From Verrucomicrobiia bacterium (GTDB taxonomy: Bacteria > Verrucomicrobiota > Verrucomicrobiia > Limisphaerales > UBA11358): a stretch of 64,000 nt of DNA. The position numbers and the translations under genes are program-made. The notes beneath the pieces were generated by a model, which saw only the letters and a list, made by a program, of their open reading frames with translations, searched no databases and was not told the DNA's origin. Shown here piece after piece: positions 59,024 to 64,000 of this stretch (positions are counted from its first letter, which is position 1; the number at the start of each line of letters is the position of its first letter). The DNA lies in assembly GCA_035545995.1 (NCBI GenBank), contig DASZXH010000081.1, forward strand, positions 582 to 64,581, in the 5' to 3' direction.

Positions 59024-61117
59024 TCAAGCGTAATTGCCGTTTTTGGTAACGGCGCGTTCGCAGATTTTTTTGTAAGTGGCCAGAGCGAGTAATGGCCAGG
59101 CATTGCGATACATATCGTATTTCAAATAAAACACCTTCGGAAAACCCGTGCCGGTGGTTTCGAGTTCGGTCCACGAACCGTCGGGATTTTGCGTGCGAAT
59201 CAAATACTCGACGCCGCGTTGGAGCGCGGGATTGTTCGGATCGTCAAACGCGCACAAACCCATGACCGCCCACGCGGTTTGCGACGCGGTGCTCGGCCCC
59301 TGCCCTTTGTAAATCGGGTCGTCGTAAGTGTTGCAACGTTCGCCCCAGCCGCCATCGGCATGCTGGACGCTTTCAAGCCATTTGCGTCCGCGTTGCAGCC
59401 AGTCTTCAGTCATGTCCCAATTCATCGCGCGCATTCCGCGCAATACTTGCCACGTGCCGTAAATGTAATTCACGCCCCAGCGGCCATACCACGAGCCGTC
59501 GCCTTCCTGCTGTTTGCGGATGTATTCGATTGCAGGCCGAATCTGATGATGATCGCGGTTCCAGCCTTCGTAACCGAGCAATTCCAAAATGCGCGCGGTG
59601 ATGTCGGCACATTCGGGGTCGAGCATGGCGTTGTGGTCGGCGAACGGGACTTTGTCCAAAATGTTTTTCGTGCAATCCTTGTCGAACGCCGCCCAGCCGC
59701 CGTCCTTGCATTGGAACGTCATCATCCATTTAAGGCCGCGCCGGAAACATTCGTCGCGTTTCTTCGGATTGTCTGTGGGAATTTTACGCAACGCGAGCAG
59801 CACCATCGCCGTGTCGTCCACGTCGGGATTCCATTTGTTATTGTATTCAAAGACCCAGCCGCTGGCCTCAACTTTGGCCGGATTTTTATACTGCCAATCG
59901 CCGCGAAAACGGATTTCCTTTTCCATCAGCCATTCGACAGCACGTTTCAATTTCGGATGGTTTTCGGGAACGCCGGATTCATGCAGGCAAATCAAAACAA
60001 TGGCGGTATCCCAAACGGGCGAAAAACACGGTTCGATGCGCACGTCGTCTTCCGTTTCGTGCTCCAATTTTTTTAATTCATGCGCTGCGCGTTTCACCTG
60101 CGGATGGTCATCGGGATAACCGAGCGCCTGCAACGCGATGAGCGCATTAAGCATGGCCGGGAAAATTGCCGCCAAACCGTCCGCGCCTTCAAACCGGTCG
60201 AGCATCCAATTCTCGGCTTTTTTCAAAGCGAATTTGCGGAACGGATGAATTTTATGCTCCGCGAACCATTCCGCGAATTTGTGCAAACGGTCCAGCCACA
60301 GGAAAAAATTGCGCCACGAAATTTTTTCCGGGTCGGGCGCGAGCGCCAAATCGCGCTCGTGAATGCCTTCGGGATAAAGCTCGTCGAGCGTGACGTTGAC
60401 GGGATGTGTCGGTTTGAAATGATTGATGATGGCCAGCGGCACGAGCATTCCGCGCGACCAATTGCTCATGTCCCAAAAATTCACGTGAAACCATTTGCCA
60501 AGCAGCAGCACTTCGCAGGGAATCGTCGGCACGTATTCCCATGGGAAAAGTCCGAGCAACGCGAGATATAATTTGGAAAACGTGTTCATGCGCGGCACGC
60601 CGCCGAGGCTCAATGCTATTTGTCGGGCGCGCAACATCCGCGAATCAGTCACCGGCACTCCCGCCAATTTCAACGCAAGATACGCCTTAATGGTCGCATT
60701 CACTTCCGACGGGCCGCCGTAATAAATGTTCCAGCCGCCGTCCGGCAATTGCATGGAGAAAATGTGATTGACCGCCTTGCGCTGCCATTCGCGGTCAATT
60801 TTCCCGTCCCAATGGTGATATGCAATCGTGTCGGACACGAGCGTGGAATCCACCATCAATTCGCCCACCCAATAACCTTCGGCCTTTTGCCCGCCCAACA
60901 GGAATTGTTGCGACCGCTCAATGGAAGTCTCCAGAGCGCTGGCAAAATCCGCTTGAACCCTGGATTGAGCCAGCGACCGTGCGGGCTGAACTTTGATTTC
61001 GTTTTCAGTCAACACGCCATAACTTTGCGAACTGGCGCGCAAGCTGTAAAGTTTTTTAACACCGCTGTTTTTGCCCCAAAAAACGTCCTTAAACCCGTTG
61101 AATTTTTTTGTGGACAA
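59024..61117 (-). CDS. shc: Squalene-hopene cyclase
   Basis: QW repeats (QLPDGGW, QCKDGGW, QEGDGSW), PDVDDTA, SPVWDTA. Confidence 0.96.
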   Translation of the reverse strand: MSTKKFNGFKDVFWGKNSGVKKLYSLRASSQSYGVLTENEIKVQPARSLAQSRVQADFASALETSIERSQQFLLGGQKAEGYWVGELMVDSTLVSDTIAYHHWDGKIDREWQRKAVNHIFSMQLPDGGWNIYYGGPSEVNATIKAYLALKLAGVPVTDSRMLRARQIALSLGGVPRMNTFSKLYLALLGLFPWEYVPTIPCEVLLLGKWFHVNFWDMSNWSRGMLVPLAIINHFKPTHPVNVTLDELYPEGIHERDLALAPDPEKISWRNFFLWLDRLHKFAEWFAEHKIHPFRKFALKKAENWMLDRFEGADGLAAIFPAMLNALIALQALGYPDDHPQVKRAAHELKKLEHETEDDVRIEPCFSPVWDTAIVLICLHESGVPENHPKLKRAVEWLMEKEIRFRGDWQYKNPAKVEASGWVFEYNNKWNPDVDDTAMVLLALRKIPTDNPKKRDECFRRGLKWMMTFQCKDGGWAAFDKDCTKNILDKVPFADHNAMLDPECADITARILELLGYEGWNRDHHQIRPAIEYIRKQQEGDGSWYGRWGVNYIYGTWQVLRGMRAMNWDMTEDWLQRGRKWLESVQHADGGWGERCNTYDDPIYKGQGPSTASQTAWAVMGLCAFDDPNNPALQRGVEYLIRTQNPDGSWTELETTGTGFPKVFYLKYDMYRNAWPLLALATYKKICERAVTKNGNYA

Positions 61118-61278
61118 GTCCGCGGAATTCCCCTACTTCACAACAGTTGTTTAACTCAAATACGAGTAAAACTTATGAACGGTTGGATTTCCCGTTGCGA
61201 TTGGCCGTTTGAACCGCGACAGCAGCAATTTACAGACAATCCACCATTCGATAATAATCGGAAAATCAGAACAAAATT

Positions 61279-61578
61279 ATGACTCTTACCAAACGCGACA
61301 TCGTCCTGCGCATCAGCAACGAAACTGGCCTCGGCCAGCAGCAAGTTTTCGATGTGGTGCAGAAAACCCTCGACTACATTTCCGAAGCGCTCGCCAAAGG
61401 CGACAAAGTGGAACTGCGTAACTTCGGCGTCTTTGAAGTCAAAACCCGCAAAGCCCGCGTCGGACGCAACCCGAACAAACCGGAAACCGACGTGCCCATT
61501 CCCGCCCGCTCGATGGTCAAATTCAAAGCCGGCAAGGAAATGCGCGCCGAAGTCCTGAAACTTACGCCGCAATCGTGA
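61279..61578 (+). CDS. HU/IHF family DNA-binding protein
   Basis: TLTKRDIV, VELRNFGVF, RVGRNP, VKFKAGK. Confidence 0.95.
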   Translation: MTLTKRDIVLRISNETGLGQQQVFDVVQKTLDYISEALAKGDKVELRNFGVFEVKTRKARVGRNPNKPETDVPIPARSMVKFKAGKEMRAEVLKLTPQS

Positions 61579-61673
61579 TTGGTTGAACGGTCGAAGAGTT
61601 AAAGCGGCCCCAAATCTTCCGCTTCAACACTTTAACACTTTAACCCTTCAACGGAATTTCTTAAGTTGGGCAA

Positions 61674-63008
61674 ATGGAACGATTGCCCGGCTTTCGCGAC
61701 TTTTATCCCGAACCGCTCCCGCACGCCGACACCTGGAGCGCCGACGCGCGCCAATTCATTTTTGAAAAATGGCGAACTGTTGCGCGCCGCTACAATTTCC
61801 GCGAATACGACGGCCCGCCGCTCGAATCGCTCGAACTGTTCACCACCAAAAGCGGCGACGAAATCGTCGGCCAACTTTACAATTTCACCGACAAAGGCGA
61901 ACGGCAAATTTCGTTGCGACCGGAAATGACGCCAACGCTCGCGCGCATGGTCGCCGCGCACGAACGCAATTACAAAAAACCGATTAAATGGTTCGCCATC
62001 CCGCAATTGTTCCGCTACGAACGCCAGCAAAAAGGCCGCCTGCGTGAACATTTTCAATTCAACGCCGACATTCTTGGCGAAAAAGATTCGGCGGCGGACG
62101 CGGAATTGATTGCGCTGCTCATTGACACCTTGCGCGCGTTCGGTTTGACGGCGGAAGATTTTGTCATCCGCTTGAGCAGCCGCAACGCATGGTCAGAATT
62201 TTTCCAAATGAAAAAAGGGAGCGCGCCCGCCTCGGGCGCATCGGGCGGCGTCTCGCCGACCGAATCTGCGACGCGAGGCGCGTCGCAAAACGCGCGGGGC
62301 GCGCGTGCTCCTCAAAACGACAACTCCGAATACGAATTTTTTCAAATCATTGACAAACTCGAACGCACGCCGCCGGAAGAATCGGAGAAAAAACTTGCCG
62401 CGCTCGGATTTTCATTGGCCGACGTGAATCAATTCATCGAATCCGGCAAACCGACCGCCGAACTCGAAAGCATTTTACAAAATCTCGCCGCGCGCGGTTT
62501 GCGCGATTTTGTTAAAATTGATTATCACGTCATTCGCGGCCTCGCCTATTACACCGGCGTCGTGTTCGAGGCGTTCGACAAAAAAGGTGAATTTCGCGCC
62601 ATCGCGGGCGGCGGACGTTACGACAATCTCGTCAAGCTCATCAGCGGCGGCAAGGTGGATTTGCCCGCGCTCGGTTTCGGCATGGGCGACGTAGTTTTGC
62701 TTGAATTGCTCAAAGCGCGAAAATTATTGCCCGCGTTCGATTCTTCAACGGATGTTTTTGTTTTGATTGAAGACGAAAACCTGCACGCGCCATCGCTGAA
62801 ACTCGTTCAGGATTTGCGCGCCGCCGGATTTGCTGTCGAGTATCCGCTTACACCCGCGAAATCGGACAAACAATTCAAGCGCGCGCAGGAATTGAAAGCG
62901 GCGTTCACCGCGAGATTGGAAAGCGACGCACACGTTCGCATCCGCAATTTGAAAACGCGGGCTGAAGTCGTCGCGGGATTTGGCGACGTGGCGAATCACT
63001 TGAAGTAA
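61674..63008 (+). CDS. hisS: Histidine--tRNA ligase with an in-frame palindromic insert
   Basis: LPGFRDF, LRPEMTP, FRYERQQKGRLREHFQ, RGLAYYTG, GGGRYD. Confidence 0.95.
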   Translation: MERLPGFRDFYPEPLPHADTWSADARQFIFEKWRTVARRYNFREYDGPPLESLELFTTKSGDEIVGQLYNFTDKGERQISLRPEMTPTLARMVAAHERNYKKPIKWFAIPQLFRYERQQKGRLREHFQFNADILGEKDSAADAELIALLIDTLRAFGLTAEDFVIRLSSRNAWSEFFQMKKGSAPASGASGGVSPTESATRGASQNARGARAPQNDNSEYEFFQIIDKLERTPPEESEKKLAALGFSLADVNQFIESGKPTAELESILQNLAARGLRDFVKIDYHVIRGLAYYTGVVFEAFDKKGEFRAIAGGGRYDNLVKLISGGKVDLPALGFGMGDVVLLELLKARKLLPAFDSSTDVFVLIEDENLHAPSLKLVQDLRAAGFAVEYPLTPAKSDKQFKRAQELKAAFTARLESDAHVRIRNLKTRAEVVAGFGDVANHLK

Positions 63009-63009
63009 A

Positions 63010-63033
63010 AAAGCGAGGCTACAGCCTCGCTTT
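63010..63033. terminator. Bidirectional terminator between hisS and rplS
   Basis: aaagcgaggct-ac-agcctcgcttt. Confidence 0.8.
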
Positions 63034-63053
63034 GAAAAGTTTGATTGGAAAAA

Positions 63054-63428
63054 TTATTTCGCGGCAGGTGCGGCTTTTTCTTCCTTTTCCTTCACCAACG
63101 TCGCGCCTTTGCCGAGACGTTTGCGCAAGTAAGTCAATTTTGCGCGGCGCACGGAACCGTGGCGTTCGATTTCAATCTTGTCCACGCGCGGCGAGTGCAA
63201 CGGGAAAATGCGCTCGACGCCTTCGCCGTAGCTGATGCGGCGGACGGTGAAGGTTTCGTTCAAGCCAGCACCGCGTTTGCCGATGACGACGCCTGCAAAA
63301 ATCTGGATGCGTTCCTTGTCGCCTTCGACGACTTTGGTGTGGACTTTCACGGAATCGCCGACGCCGAATTTTGCGTCGTCTTTGCGAAACTGTTCCGATT
63401 CAATCTTTTTCAACAATGTTTGATTCAT
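63054..63428 (-). CDS. rplS: 50S ribosomal protein L19
   Basis: [40 protein letters not shown]. Confidence 0.97.
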   Translation of the reverse strand: MNQTLLKKIESEQFRKDDAKFGVGDSVKVHTKVVEGDKERIQIFAGVVIGKRGAGLNETFTVRRISYGEGVERIFPLHSPRVDKIEIERHGSVRRAKLTYLRKRLGKGATLVKEKEEKAAPAAK

Positions 63429-63501
63429 AAATTTTAAGTAATGAGTGATGTATGACGGGTGATGAGCTTTGCCGTTCTTGTCACTCATCACATATCACTT
63501 G

Positions 63502-64000
63502 TCACTGCAATAAATCCGGTCTTTTTTCTTTCGTCTTTAACTTCGCTTGTTCGCGCCGCCATTTTTCAATCTCGGCGTGATTGCCGGAAACCAAAACTTC
63601 CGGCACTTTCATGCCGCGAAATTCCGCCGGCCGCGTGTATTGCGGATATTCCAGCAATCCGTGACTGAACGATTCGTCGCGCGAACTTTCATCATCGCCC
63701 AAAACGCCGGGCAATAATCGCGTCACCGCGTCAATCACCACCATCGCGGGCAGCGCGCCGTTCGTCAAAACGTAATCGCCGATGGATAATTCGTCGTCCG
63801 TCAATTTTTCCCGCACGCGCTCGTCAAAACCTTCGTAATGGCCGGTAACGAGCAGCAAATCTTTTTCCTGCGCCAATTCTCGCGCAATTTCCTGCGAAAA
63901 TTTTCTTCCGCCGGGCGAAAGCAAAATCACTTTCGTTTCTGTGCGCCGCAAACTTTCGACCGCCTCAAACAGCGGCTCCGGCTTCATCAACATTCCCGGC
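63502..64000 (-). CDS. trmD: tRNA (guanine-37-N1)-methyltransferase, 5' end outside the window
   Basis: [35 protein letters not shown]. Confidence 0.96.
   Translation of the reverse strand, partial: PGMLMKPEPLFEAVESLRRTETKVILLSPGGRKFSQEIARELAQEKDLLLVTGHYEGFDERVREKLTDDELSIGDYVLTNGALPAMVVIDAVTRLLPGVLGDDESSRDESFSHGLLEYPQYTRPAEFRGMKVPEVLVSGNHAEIEKWRREQAKLKTKEKRPDLLQ

Overview
Bacterial chromosomal window. PEP-CTERM genes, shc, ebo genes and the protein styles suggest Verrucomicrobiota (Pedosphaera/Limisphaerales-like); this is inference. The housekeeping backbone is ygfA, eboE/eboC, cysI-cysH-cysD-cysN, rpsL-rpsG-fusA, a CHASE3/sigma-54 two-component trio, tRNA-Glu(CTC), rluA, adk, fmt, a Pho-box-led porin-pstSCAB-phoU-DUF47-PiT operon, dapF, pyrD, shc, HU, hisS, rplS and trmD. 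Small accessory insertions repeatedly interrupt it. Main observations: (1) a recurring 25-bp 10-5-10 quasi-palindrome (about GYRGCCTAAY-N5-RATAGGCTRC, containing the integron core motif) lies at the edges of four unrelated insertions (3.8, 8.1-8.6, 20.5-21.2, 44.0-44.4 kb), suggesting a dispersed gene-cassette system. (2) A tandem two-gene surface-protein cassette (secreted protein + PEP-CTERM) has conserved ends and divergent middles; one copy has lost its -10 box and ATG, a PIN toxin-antitoxin pair sits between the copies, and two TPR-sulfotransferases are adjacent. (3) A decayed integrative element is fused to a 5'-truncated rarA. (4) The Pho porin has a TAG three codons before its expected end. 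(5) Palindromic repeats are inserted in-frame in hisS and rluA. All calls come from reading the sequence; no database searches were run.
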